From Paraspadella gotoi (taxonomy: Eukaryota; Animalia; Chaetognatha): a DNA stretch of 64,000 nucleotides. The position numbers were made by a program, and so were the translations under genes. The notes below the pieces were generated by a model that saw only the letters and a list, made by a program, of their open reading frames with translations, was not told the origin of the DNA and made no database searches. The DNA is taken from the NCBI GenBank assembly GCA_051294375.1, contig CM119266.1, positions 11,341,212 to 11,405,211 on the forward strand, read 5' to 3'. Every line of letters begins with the position of its first letter. Position 1 is the first letter of the stretch. Shown piece by piece: positions 48,801-60,865 of this stretch.

Positions 48801-50897
48801 ATATAATAAAAATGTTTGTTCAAATTCAAAATTCCTTGCTTTCTCTTAATACATAAACAAATACTTCACTTAATATTTTTTTATATATTTATATTATTAG
48901 GATGCTAATAGCGTGGTAATGTTTGCTAAATATAAAATCTATAATTTAATCTTTTTAAAGTGCGCTAAGCAAATTAAAATCAGAAAATCGATCAAAGAAA
49001 AAGAATCATAAGCGTTAATTTTTGAAGAATATCGATTTTTTTCTTAATTGATTTTGCAAGAAAAGCATTTTTAGATTCTCAAAAGGGCGGACGAAATGCG
49101 GATTAGATTTAATTAATAACTGACCGAGTGATAAGATGTATCATTAGGAAATTAAATCTGGTTGATTAAATCGGCTGAAATTCTATGAGTTTTTAACTAT
49201 GTTTTTATATCATAACAAACTAGACAACGTGCTGATACCAATAACCAAAGTCAAATAATTTTTTTCTTCCACCCACGTCGGTTTGAAAAAAAACCTCTCA
49301 AAGACTCACCCGAAATAGAGATTTGCTTAGTAACTTGAGAAAGAATAATTTTTGGAAAACTGTAATTTACCTAAAGACTTCGTAGCATTACCTATGGAAA
49401 GACTGAATAGCTTTATTTATGCCCGTATGTTCAAGTGGCTTTTATCCGGTTTTAATTCTTTTTTGGATCACTGTGTGGGGGTGAGTTGGGAAAGGTTTAA
49501 GGGTTACAAAACACACCTACCACCCAGACCCCAGTCCCCAGTCCACCCCTCCCTAACCATCCCCCTCACCCCCTCTCCCTTTTCGATCTAAGAAACTGCG
49601 ACTTTCTCGGATCGCGAAGGGTCAAACTCTCGTTCGCCGCTCGACTTATGCGTCCACACGTTTCGAGTCTCGAATTTCCGTTCGTGTTCTCTTTCAACTT
49701 CCGTTCTCGATTACGTTGCCACTGAACGCATTCCTCTCTTACAACGCTCGAAAGCCGATTGGGTCGAAACGGTTATTTTCGGGTATTTCCAGACCTGATT
49801 GCGGAAGCTTTCAAAGAGTCAAGGAGTATTAATAATATATAATTCCCGCGAAATGTAGCTCTTACAATACAAATATCACAACCGTTCCTATCACTTTCTT
49901 TCTTTGTTATCCAAGAGTCGCTCTATTCCTCACTTCTTGAGCTCCTCTTCTCTAAAAGTGGCTCATTTTCTTCATCGAAGTCCTGCTATACTTATTAAAA
50001 CTTACCTCGTCTCTAATTTTCCAGACTTATTCTTCACTCTCATCAACTGCGAACCACCTTTCTCTATTTTTCAAAAACCACTACCCTAGATTTCTTTTCA
50101 CGTCCCACCTAAATGCGATCTCTCCCAATCCATAAAACCTTTTTCTCCCTTCCAGCCCCTCGATTCTCCCCTAACGGAGTCGACAATAAAGACGACAACG
50201 ACAAGGACGACGACAATGACGACAAAGAAGACAACGACAACGAAAACGGCGGCGACGAAGACGGGTCTTTACGAGGCCGTTATGAATGAATAGTCGGGCC
50301 TCTCTCCCGCTCGTTAGGTGGTCAAGAATGGGAACGAAGTGTGGTCCATATAAAAGCGAAAGCGTTGGTGGAAATGGAGAAGGGGGTGCGGGGGAGAGGA
50401 AGTCGGAAGATTAAGAGGGTAACACCATAAAAGGGTCTCGGCCTCCGGGCCCCGACCTCCGGGGAAAGGAAAACGGAGAAAAGGGTAAACTGCGGGGCCA
50501 AAGGGATCGAGGCGAAACAATACGGCGCTGCGGAAGGCGATGCGGCGGCGCTAGAGAGTCGGAGCCGCGCCGCTGCGGTGTCAGTGAAGCAGCGCTGCGG
50601 CGACTGTACAGCGGCGCTGTGATGCCGACCTACATCTGTCTCCAGAATTGGACTCAGAGTGTTAGCGGTTGAGAGCTCGGCTCAAACCCACCAACCCACA
50701 ACCTTTCCCCCCTCATTTTTCCCCCCATTTTTATCTCCCTTTTTTATCTTCCTCTTTTTTTCTATATTTTATTTTATTTTTTTTAAAGGAGATAAAACGA
50801 GAATCGGGATTTTCGTTCGAAAGAATTCGGCATTAGCGCGGAAAGCCTGGCGTTCAGCCGACCGGAAAGAGATTTTTTTTTTTGAAGAGACGAGATG

Positions 50898-50943
<46 letters not shown>

Positions 50944-51130
50944 CGTTTTCAATACTTTCGGGAAATAAAATCGGAGAAAGAGTCGAGTGAGATTAGGTCG
51001 AAGAAAAGAGGCGACTTTTTTGACAACAAGGAGAAAACTTTCCGAGTGACACTGTGACAGACAACGAAATTAATCGGGGAAAACTGTCATAGGAATATTT
51101 CATAATGCATTTTGTCTTTGTATTTAAAAC

Positions 51131-51271
51131 TTTAGAAAAAGTTTGAAATTTATTTTCATCAACGATTTGTTTTATTAAATATACGGACATGTTTCGACTC
51201 TTTTGGTCGAAACATGTCCGTATATTTAATAAAACAAATTTGATGAAAACAAATTTCAAACTTTTTCTAAA
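51131..51271. repeat. Near-perfect 141-nt fold-back palindrome made of two hammerhead 3' halves
   Basis: Arms 51131-51198 and 51206-51271 differ by 1 mismatch and a 2-nt indel; loop TCTTTTG; each arm contains CGAAACATGTCCGT...AATAAAA. Confidence 0.9.
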
Positions 51272-52593
51272 TCGCTAAACTCAACGAAAAAGAAAGTAAT
51301 AATACAATGGTATTTAAAACTAAAACGCTGTCTCCTGCTCATTGATAATCGTCTCCAAACGATAATGCGTCTCGTTCCATCGTAATTTTTCGAACAATAA
51401 TCGCGCATTAAACCGACGCCGGTTGTTAAGGGGAGCGAGATTTAGAATGAAGCTTGGGAGATGATTCGGCGACATCTATTGTTCTATCGGCTTTGTCAAC
51501 AAATGAATATATATTACGACCTTTGTACCAAAGATGGCATCAGTGATGATTGACAAAAGCTTTCGTCATTGAATAGCCGACGAAGGTCGGACAAAAAGGA
51601 AAGAATTTGTCGACAAAGTAGGAGCAGACACCGACATGAATTGGCCGACAAAGGAGCCGACAAAGAAAATAATTAGCCGACAAAGAATTAGCCGACAAAG
51701 AAAAGAAATGGCTGACAAAGAAAGAGCAGCCGAAGAAAAAAGCCGACATTGGATGTTTTTGCCGACGAAAAATAAAAAGACCGACGACTTGAACCCCATG
51801 CAAAAACGCCGACGACGCGAAAAAATCTAAAGAGAGAGCGCCGCGGTGACAAAAGGCGTCACGACGAAGACGCCGCGGCGTGGCGACAAAAAACATCGGC
51901 GACAAAAGACGGAGGAGGAACCGGCGCGGCGCTCTCTGGCCGTGTGTGGGGGGGGGGCGATCGGAGCGAATAAAAAAGAACGCCAACCGAAGGACGCCGG
52001 GAGGACGCCGACGAAGTCGAGAGCCTTTTGTTTGACGCCGCGACGGCTATTGCGGCGTCGTTTTATAGCGGTTGTTGTCGTCGTTGTTGTTCCGGTTGTT
52101 TTCGTTCTTTTTGTCGTTAATCAGTAACCGAGTAAAGATGTCGCTTTCACTATTTTCCTCGCAGATTTTGTTGTCATTGGGCGTCGTATCTGCCATCTTG
52201 TTTATTGTATTTTATTTTCCTCGTCTTCTTTGTTGTCGTCGTTGTCGTTTTGTTCATCTTCTTCGCTGTCAAGGGCGTCGATGAATAGACGGAGAAGATG
52301 AAGACTGAAAAGATGACAGAGATGAGAGAAATATTTTTTTTCTCTTTTTTTTTTCACGAGACTCACAACGAGGCGGTCTTCAGTTTTTTGGGCAGATCGG
52401 ATAGACGGACGATGCTGACGAAAAAACGCTGAACTTAAGTAGACAAGGAAAAAACGATTTAAATTCTCTATTATCGTTGTGTTTTCTTTGTTTTCTTTGT
52501 TTTCTTCTCTTCTGCTTTCGAACCTTTTTTTCCTCGCTTCAGTGGTCGCCATCCCATTTCAATTCGCAGTTTCGATTTTCAAGCCAAGGACGA

Positions 52594-52628
<35 letters not shown>

Positions 52629-52778
52629 GCATCCATCCACTCGCGAATTTTAACGAGTAAAATCGTGTAAGAACCGATGTAGGCGGGAACGACGACGACG
52701 ACGACGACGACGATTACGAATACGATGTCGACGAAGTCAATGATAATGATGATGATTATTATTAATTGAACACGAGAG

Positions 52779-52871
<93 letters not shown>

Positions 52872-53404
52872 GCCGGTCGCAAATGGCGTCGTTTGTTTTA
52901 ATTTACTCGCTGCTGCTGTTTAAACAAGGTAGAAGAAAAAACTTTTATAACGAAATATAGAACCAATTTCATAAACATTGTTCAATTATAATCATCATTT
53001 AATATCTTTTATTAAAATATCGTCTGAATATTTTTTTTAAAAATGACCCTATAATTTTTGTAATTGAATTACACAAACCCGCCAACCCACAGAATGGGAG
53101 AATCTTTTCTGACCACAATTGTGGAGAAGCTGTTAGCTCCTCATAAGCAACGGGCAGAATATCGTCGGCCTACTCGGGCCGACTCTTCAACTCTCTCAGC
53201 GTCAAGGCCTGAGCGCCGACTTGTTTTTCCAAAACATCAGTAAAAGACAGTTTTATGGCAAATAAACGGGACGTTCAGATCGAGAATGATTTAAAATAAA
53301 TTCCTAAGTCATAACACGTTTTCGAGTAGACTTCAACTCTTCGTGACAGTAATTTTTTGTTTACAACGAAATCAGGTTTATTCTTCTTCATCTGATAATT
53401 TTCA

Positions 53405-53575
53405 GGTTAGGGATTAAGGCTTAGGGCTAAGATATAAGGTTAAAGGTTCGGGTTTAGGATGAACAATTAAAGTTTAGGATTAGGTAAGGGTTAAGAATAG
53501 AAATTGGGTGCTTTCGGAAAATAATGCCTCGTAGGTGCGATTGTCGGGGGAATGCGCGACTGGGAGTTTGACAGA
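53405..53575 (+). repeat. Degenerate (GGTTAG/TTAGGG)-like tract, likely part of a non-autonomous element (also 36812-36985)
   Basis: GGTTAGGGATTAAGGCTTAGGGCTAAG...TTTAGGATTAGGTAAGGGTTAAG followed by a GC-richer tail. Confidence 0.45.
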
Positions 53576-54125
53576 TTTTTTTTTTTCACGTCGTGTCTAT
53601 CGTGTCACAGTCCGCGATAATTGACGCCCCCCTACCCGAGCCCCCCCCCAAATCATTGACGCCCCCTACCCGAGCCCCCCCCCAAATCTCCTTCCGATGA
53701 CGTTTTTAATCAAAGAAAAAAGGTTCTCCGTCCTGGCCGCCTCATTCACCGCCGCCGCTGCCATCTCCCGGAATGATAAAAAAATATTAGAAAGAAAAAA
53801 CAAATGAACAGAGCTGGATGGCTTTTTTTTTCTATTTGCGTCATCGGAACCATATTTACTTTTTCTTAATTAAGACGACGGCTTCGTCGCTCGCCTTCAT
53901 CGCTGCCAGGAAATATTGAAAGAAAAGTCGAAGAAACTCGATTAGTTCTGCTTTTTTTCTTCTGCTTTAAAGCTACTGATCATTATGACTTTTTAAAAAA
54001 AATTTTCTTATACAATCATCATATAACATATATTTTTAAAAAATATCATTTTTTCATCTGAAATATTAAACAGAAATAAATGCTTCTCGTCAAACTCAAA
54101 ATTTCAAGATTAAATTCCCATCACA

Positions 54126-56142
54126 TCAAAATTTTAGTTCAAATTCTTCCAAAGTCTCCGCAATTCCTGTCGCCTTCACAATCTCGTCCAACTTCTTCAC
54201 GTCTTCCGGCAACAACTTCGTCGAATGCTTCGACAGCCTCGAGCGCTCAAAAGCGCTATGGCGCTGCGAGTCGTGCCGCGCCGCCGTCGACTCGAACGGC
54301 GCCAACCCGCAAAACGGGAGAATCTTCTCCTTCCACAGTTGCGGCGCCGACGTCAGCTCTTCGTAGGCCACCGGCAGTATGTCGTCGGCGTACTCGGGAC
54401 GGCGCTTCAGCTCTCTCAGCGTCAACGCCCCCGCCAGATAAAAGCATAAGAAGTGTCCGATCAATGAAGAGCGACCGACCAGCGCCGGCTTCCCCGATCT
54501 CGTCGCGAAGAACTTCTTGTCCTTTGTTTGAAAATCCAAAGCCTCCAACCAAGCGAATCGCCGCGCCCACCGGTCGGGGTCCTGGACGAGGCTCTTCAAA
54601 CCGGCCAGCATAACCGGCGGTAAGATTAACGTTGAAACGACGTTTGGATACAACCGGCCGATGATTGGAATTTGACTGCCGAAGGTCAGGGCGTCGCTAA
54701 GGATTTCGGTTGTGAAGCGGAGCCACGAGTTGAAGGCGGGAATCGGTTTGCGGTGTGTGAAGAGGAAGTGAATGTTCAAAGGATATATGTCGCGAAGGTC
54801 GGCCACGGTCTGGGAGGGAGATAAGTAGAAAAAAATGTTTGAATTTTAGTATTTTAGGATCTTTTAAAACTTTAAAATTTCTACTAAACTTACTTCGATA
54901 CTTACAGTAAAAATAAAACATGTTTTACATTACTACAATTATCTTCCAAGTAACTGCGCATTATACTATGCACCTTTAAAAGTAAGTACTAAGAATTAAC
55001 CAACAGAGTTACTTCGTTCGTAAGTACTTGCAGCACAACCAAAAACTTACCCTCATTAGCCACGGAACTAAGATGGGAAGTTTAATGGCTAAGAGTTTCA
55101 CGCCAGGACGCAGGAAAAGAGGTTTGCAGACGAAAAAGAAGACAGACTTGAAGTAGACCGCGCGAGAGGGATGAAAGCACATGTCGAGGAGCGGCTGTGA
55201 ACACAATTGAGGTGAAAAGGCTGTAAAGGGCAGCGAGAAAAACGAATAAAAAATAAAAGTGACACTAGGACAAAAAGACAGACAAACGGGCATAGCAAGA
55301 GACAAAAAAAAAACGGTACAATACAGATAGACATACCGACAGGCAGACTTTTGAGCTTCAGACCAACCTGCGGTTCGCAAATGGCCACGCTGCCTGGCAC
55401 ATCCTCAAAGTGCTGCAGCATAAAAGTGCTGCCGCATCGAGCCGGACTCGCTATAACGACCACCTTCTTTGTTCTTTTGTTTTCCGCGTCAGAGCTTAAC
55501 TTGTCCAATTCTTCTGTCGCCATATTTCGGAAGATGTCGTAGGGAACGATGGCGAACTCTTCCGCGTTGTCTCGGACGGAGTGGAAGGCGAATGCAGCCA
55601 CCTCAGAGTGGTAGACGTCCACCCCTAGGAGTATGGAAGAAAATCATGTATCATTATTCATGATTATTAATCAGAAACATGAACCAATAACTAACGGAAC
55701 TCATCTAATCGCTGTTCTCCTTTATCATAACTTTAAGTCATACAATGATACATTATTTTTTTGTCAATGTCTTTGATTAAAATTTTAAAAATATAACTTA
55801 CAAACAAACAATAACTCGCCCACCTGCCGTCGTCCGTACGAACATCGCTCCTTCTTGCGTCAGATTGTACAAATGCACGCGCGGATCTGACCACACGAAC
55901 GTTCGCGCGTCCTCATACCGCGCATGGACATGGAGACATGTTTCCTGCACGGAGCCGACGACTTCGCGGATCTTGAACCTCCATAGTACGCGACGCACTT
56001 CAACAAGGCCGTCGAGGCGGTTGTTTCGAAAGAAATGCGAGCATATGAGGTCCAACGCCGCAAAGAGTTTCTGTAGCGGCAAGAAGACCGAGAAGTGGAC
56101 GAGGAAGCGGAAGACCGTTGACCAGGAATGTCCCTCGGCCAT
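54126..56142 (-). CDS. Sulfotransferase-fold (P-loop) protein gene, copy 2; exons 56142-55824, 55624-55337, 55220-55051, 54809-54126
   Basis: All introns GT-AG with matching phases (1, 1, 0). 5'-PSB-like loop VVVIASPARCGSTFMLQHF...VPGSVAICEP; LAIK strand; 3'-PB-like FLFTHRKPIPAFNSW; PVAYEELTSAPQLWKEKILPFCGL. Some indels in the last exon. Confidence 0.82.
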
Positions 56143-57716
56143 TGGAGTTTTCTTTCATAAACGGATTTTAGTTTATCGGAAATAAAAGTGTGATAACCTT
56201 TAAATAAATCTTGAGTTTAGGTTTTACCGAAATGAATGATATAACATGTACGTTATTCAATCGAATCAACGACTTTAAATATCTTTCCTGAGAACAACAC
56301 TGTTTTCTTAAATAAATGTCATTACACGGATAAACGACAGATTTAAAGAAACTCCGTCCAGTGTGAATCTTATCTGTGTCCGGCCCGAATGAAAGGAGAA
56401 GCGAACAACGAGGTATATTATTTAATACAGAGAGTTACGATATTATTATCACCATTACTATTTTTCATACTAACTTTATGAATTTTTAATCCTTAGATAA
56501 ATTGGTCACTATTACTTTGCAATACCCACAGATTGACAAAAATTTGCACGGGTCAGTTTCGCCACTTAAACTTTCATAGAATTCCTGGAATAAATTTCAA
56601 TAAACAACTCTTGCCCTTTTTACGATATTACCCCAATCTATGTACCCCAATCGATCTGTCACGTAAAGTTTTTTTTATTTTTGAATAATTACTTTATCAA
56701 CGGATTCCGCATTGAGAAAAAACATGTTCGTTAAAACTGATTAAATTAAAGAAAAAAACAATTAAATGAAAGAATCCACGAAAGGATTGATAATTGTCAT
56801 CAATTAGTCCGCGGGCTTTAGAGAAATATATTAGGAAAAATTCTTAAAAGTATAACTATAAAGTCTATAAGGATCTCGACAGACCTTACTATCAAAAAAA
56901 ATTAATGAAAAAGTACTATAATCTAATTTGCATATTGCAGTAAATCATAATGAAGTGGAAATTCAAACAAAAAATACTTGAATCGATATGAAACAAAGAA
57001 AATAAATACACATTTCACTGCCTCACTAATGGAACTTGATAACTAGAAACATTGTTTGGTAGTTAATCCATAAACCGGCAAAAAAAAAGATAGAAATTGT
57101 TTTTTATTTTTGAGAGAAGATTATTATTGACTACGAGTTTAGGACATTGGCTTCACCTCGACTATGTTACGATGATAATTATACACTGATATGATGATAA
57201 GCATTCATTGACGTTATGATAATCATTCATTGATGTGATGATAACCATAGTAATTGATTGATTTATGTAATAGTAATTGATTGATGGAATAGTAATTTAT
57301 TGANNNNNNNNNNTTAAGATTTTTTTTTACTATTTTCAAACAACGAAACAAAACTTAACACACAAAATTAATCGAATTAATAAAACTAACCATTTTAATG
57401 ATTGAGAACAATGAGATACGTTCAAATTGGGAAACTTCACTCGAAAGAAAAGATCCAAAGGCAAAGCAAATTGAGAACAGAAGAGTTCGGTTTAAGTCTG
57501 CCAAAAAATTTTCTCCCTTTTTATAGCACACTGATGACGACGATAGAAAGTTCGAGAAGGCGAAGCGTCAAGTGGCGCCATGATTGAACCAATCAATGTG
57601 GAGGAAGGAAAATTGTTTCATTACAACTTCCATTCAGAAGGCATGTAAATCAGGTAAAACAGGTAAAACATCACACAAGGCGAAATACATTGACAAATTA
57701 TTATTTTATTGCCCGA

Positions 57717-57838
57717 AATACTTAGAATACGGAATTTAGTTGCTATTTTAAAACACTTAGAATACGTAGAATACAGAATTTAATTGCTATTGTAAAACAC
57801 TTAGAATATCGAGTTTAGTTGCTATTTTAAAACACTTA
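57717..57838. repeat. ~35-bp minisatellite (AAAACACTTAGAATACGGAATTTAGTTGCTATTTT), 3-4 copies
   Basis: Direct tandem copies immediately upstream of the solo hammerhead. Confidence 0.8.
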
Positions 57839-57854
57839 CAGTGTGTCCCAATGG

Positions 57855-57905
57855 TACAGGCCGATGAAGGCTTGTACATTTAAAGCCGAAACATGTCCGT
57901 CTTAT
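57855..57905 (+). ncRNA. Solo degenerate minimal hammerhead (Penelope pLTR remnant)
   Basis: CCGATGA A GGCTT gtacattta AAGCC GAAA CATG TC. U4>C core variant and weak stem I. Downstream AATAAAATCGTTGTT matches the pLTR at 45020-45035 (minus strand). Confidence 0.65.
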
Positions 57906-59603
57906 ACAAATAAAATCGTTGTTGAACAATTTTAAAACGTCCTTAATCATCTAAACACAACGAAACGAAAGGAAATAACGATGGGTTCTGACTTAAAACT
58001 TACCCCCAAAGAAAAAATTTATGTTTCCTTCAATAATTTGTGCTCAATGATATATCTTAAAACAAGTTTGAGCAAAAAATTCCGGATCTGCCCACAATCA
58101 TTAACGGTAAGCATCTGATCAGATAATTAATCATTAATATTTTTTTTTGGGTCAAAATCGTTATCCATTTTGTCTCGCCTCTCAATCACAAAACAATCTC
58201 GATCACAAAATCAATTAATAAATTAATTAATAACAAAATAATTAATAATATAATAGTTACTAATTTATTAATAAGGCAGCTTGAATTTATATTTATTATA
58301 AAAAGAAAAAAAGCATAATCAAATAGTGAAATAGATTTTTTGTTTTTTCCATTTTAACTCATTCCCACTAAAACGATTCCATCAAAACTTGAATCCGGCT
58401 CAATCACACACTTTCCTACTCAAATACAAAATTTCATTCATTCCATCTATCTAATTAATAAATTCATAAAAAAATCTTTGAATCAAAATCAAACATGTGA
58501 TTTCAAAAGACCTTTTTGATGAGAAGCTATATCTAAATTTTAATACAAATAAAAATAAAAACTTTTACAACTTATGATTGGAAAAAATTTTAATAATTTT
58601 CAGGACAGGCTTCGCCTGGTCCGGACTCTATAATGTTTTAGGATTGCTTCTTTGTGACGTAGTCGTCGTCGTCGGTGTCACGCTGTTTTTAAATAAAAAC
58701 TACTACGCTTTTATAGGTTTGGCTGGGACTTACCGTTTTTTTTAAATAAAAATTATTATGAATTATGATAAAGTTTTACAAAAGTGTGCGATCAGAGTAA
58801 GTTAAAAATTTAGATTTGGCTTTTCATCTTGAAATAGCTTTGATATTTTCTTATTACATTTGGATTTTTTGTTTGAATTTCCACTTCATTATGATTTACT
58901 GCAATATGCAAATGAGATTAAAGTACTCATTATAATATCCAAATTAATATACAGAAATGGTTTAATCTAATTTACATATTGCAGTATATAATATTGAAGA
59001 TGAAATTCATAAAAAATTTTTTAAATCTATAATAAAAATGGGAAATCAAAAGACCTTTTTAATGAGAAGCTATATCTTAATTTTAATACAAATAAAAATA
59101 AAATCGTTAACAACCTATGATTGGAAAAAATTGAAAAAATTTCCAATTATAAACCATTGTAACATTTTTTGCCTTTCTTTTATTTATTTTTTAATTATAT
59201 ATATATTTTTTTTTAGGCGCTGCCTTTTCTGAATCTTTTAAAAACGAATTCAGTCTCTCTCAGTCTCTCTCAGTCTCTCTCAGTCTCTCTCAGTCTCTCT
59301 CTGTGTGCGTCTGTCTCTCTCTGTACGATCTCTTGCGTGATCGTTCGTTTTTTGAAAAATTCTGATTTTTTTTTCTTTCTAAAAAAATATATATTTTATC
59401 AGGTGCTGCCTTTTCTGAATCGTTTAAAAACGAGTTCAGGCTCTCTCTCTCTCCGTCTCTCTCCGTCTCCCTCCCTCTCTCTCTCTCTCTTTCTCTCTAT
59501 CTCTCTCTCTCTCTCTATTTTTTTTTAAATTATAATTCACTTTTTTTTTTACCACCGTCACAAGGCGACGAGTAAACGAGTTCCGGCTCTCTCTCTCTCT
59601 CTG

Positions 59604-59652
<49 letters not shown>

Positions 59653-59760
59653 TTTTTTTTACAAAAAAAATTTTTTAGTCACTTTTTTTTCACCACCGTC
59701 ACTAGGCGACGAATAAACGAGTAAACGAGTTCCGGCTCTTCAGCGTCTGTTCAGCTTCTT

Positions 59761-59795
<35 letters not shown>

Positions 59796-60636
59796 TTTTG
59801 TACAATCGTTCGTTTTTATTATTTATTATTTTTATTATTTCTTTCCTTCTAAAAACTTTTATTATCGCCATTTATTTTTTTTCTCAATACAAAATCCAAA
59901 ATTTACATCTGAGATTTTCGTGGATTCATTTTAGAAAAAGGGAAGAATAACTTATAATGCAGGCAATGTCACATGTACATCAAATTGTGTGACAGGTAGG
60001 CGATACCTGCTACATATCCGGCAATTGCGCGGATTAATATAAATAATATATAATATAAAAAATATAACAATCTAAAATTTCATTTAAGATTAAAATTGTT
60101 TAAGATGAGGAAATAAAATTTATTTGAATAAGTAAAAAAAATATTTGGAAGTCAAAAATATCATAGTCGTTAACTGATTATTGTCAACTATATATTTTGT
60201 TAATAGAGATTATAATTTTTTTACCATTATTATTGAAAATAGTTTAGCTTTATAGCGACGAGTTTTCATTTCATACAATCAATATTAATCTCATTCATTT
60301 TCAATAATATGCAAAAAAATAAGGTTTTCAACCTTATTTTGAACTAGATGAACATGAATATTCAAAAGACTTCAGTCTTATTTCAATTGAAAAAAAAAAT
60401 AGAAAGTTAATTGATGCTTAATCACACTCTAATAAAACAATTTTATTTTTATCACGCCACTTTTTTCTTAATTCAAAATCCCAAATTTATTTCCAAGATT
60501 TTCGTGGATTTTTATTTTTTTCCTTCTAAAAACTTTTATTATTATTTTATTATTCTCTCTATATTTCTCTCTCAATTAACTCTCTCTCTCTCTCTCTCTC
60601 TCTCCCTCTCTCTCTCTTTCTCTCTCTCTAATTAAC

Positions 60637-60865
60637 TCATCGCGTCAATGAATGACTAGCATCGCATCAATGAATAACTATCATCGCATCAATGAATGAT
60701 TATCATCCGATCAATGAAGTACTATCATCACATCAATGAATGATTATCATCGCATCAAGGAATGATTATCATCGCATCCATCATTTGGTTATCATCGCAT
60801 CAATCCTTTGGTTATCATCGTATCAATATTTGGTTATCATCGCATCAATATTTGGTTATCATCAA
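60637..60865. repeat. ~21-bp minisatellite (TTATCATCGCATCAATGAATGA); inverted related array at 57170-57303
   Basis: About 10 tandem copies; 57190-57250 reads as the reverse complement (TGATGATAAGCATTCATTGA). Confidence 0.8.

Larger units (their letters stand above)
44989..48852 (+). mobile_element. Penelope-like retroelement (endonuclease-containing), 5'-truncated, with inverted pseudo-LTRs (44989-45570 and 48288-48852)
   Basis: The two ~570-bp termini are reverse complements (GAAATTCAAGGAAAGAAAGAGCTCAA vs TTGAGCTCTTCTTTTCCTTGAATTC). The interior carries RT and GIY-YIG motifs in the expected order, and each pLTR has a hammerhead. Confidence 0.92.
44709..49475. mobile_element. Non-autonomous Transib/RAG-like DNA transposon (CACAGTG termini, ~35-40-bp imperfect TIRs, 5-bp TSD TGGGG) with nested Penelope element
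   Basis: Left end CAC(g)AGTGAT(a)CCAAATGGACTAAATTTCCGGATAAA; right end reverse-complement CACAGTGATCCAAAAAAGAATTAAAACCGGATAAA. Empty site GGGGAC-TGGGG-GTGAG at 32627-32642; filled site flanked by TGGG (44705-44708) and TGGGG (49476-49480). No transposase in the ~0.9 kb of non-Penelope interior. Confidence 0.75.
44350..56790 (+). repeat. Segmental duplicate C, copy 2 (contains the insertion)
   Basis: Collinear with 32285-40230 apart from the insert at 44709-49475. Confidence 0.92.
56912..58927. mobile_element. Possible TIR/fold-back element with ~64-bp inverted repeats (56912-56976, 58864-58927)
   Basis: AGTACTATAATCTAATTTGCATATTGCAGTAAATCATAATGAAGTGGAAATTCAAACAAAAAAT and its reverse complement with 2 mismatches. 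A third, diverged direct copy lies at ~58963-59020. No TSD identified. Confidence 0.5.

Noticed and set aside
49352-49591. ORF as a candidate transposase fragment of the CACAGTG element
   Set aside because: It runs through the TIR into flanking DNA and has no RAG1/Transib motifs.
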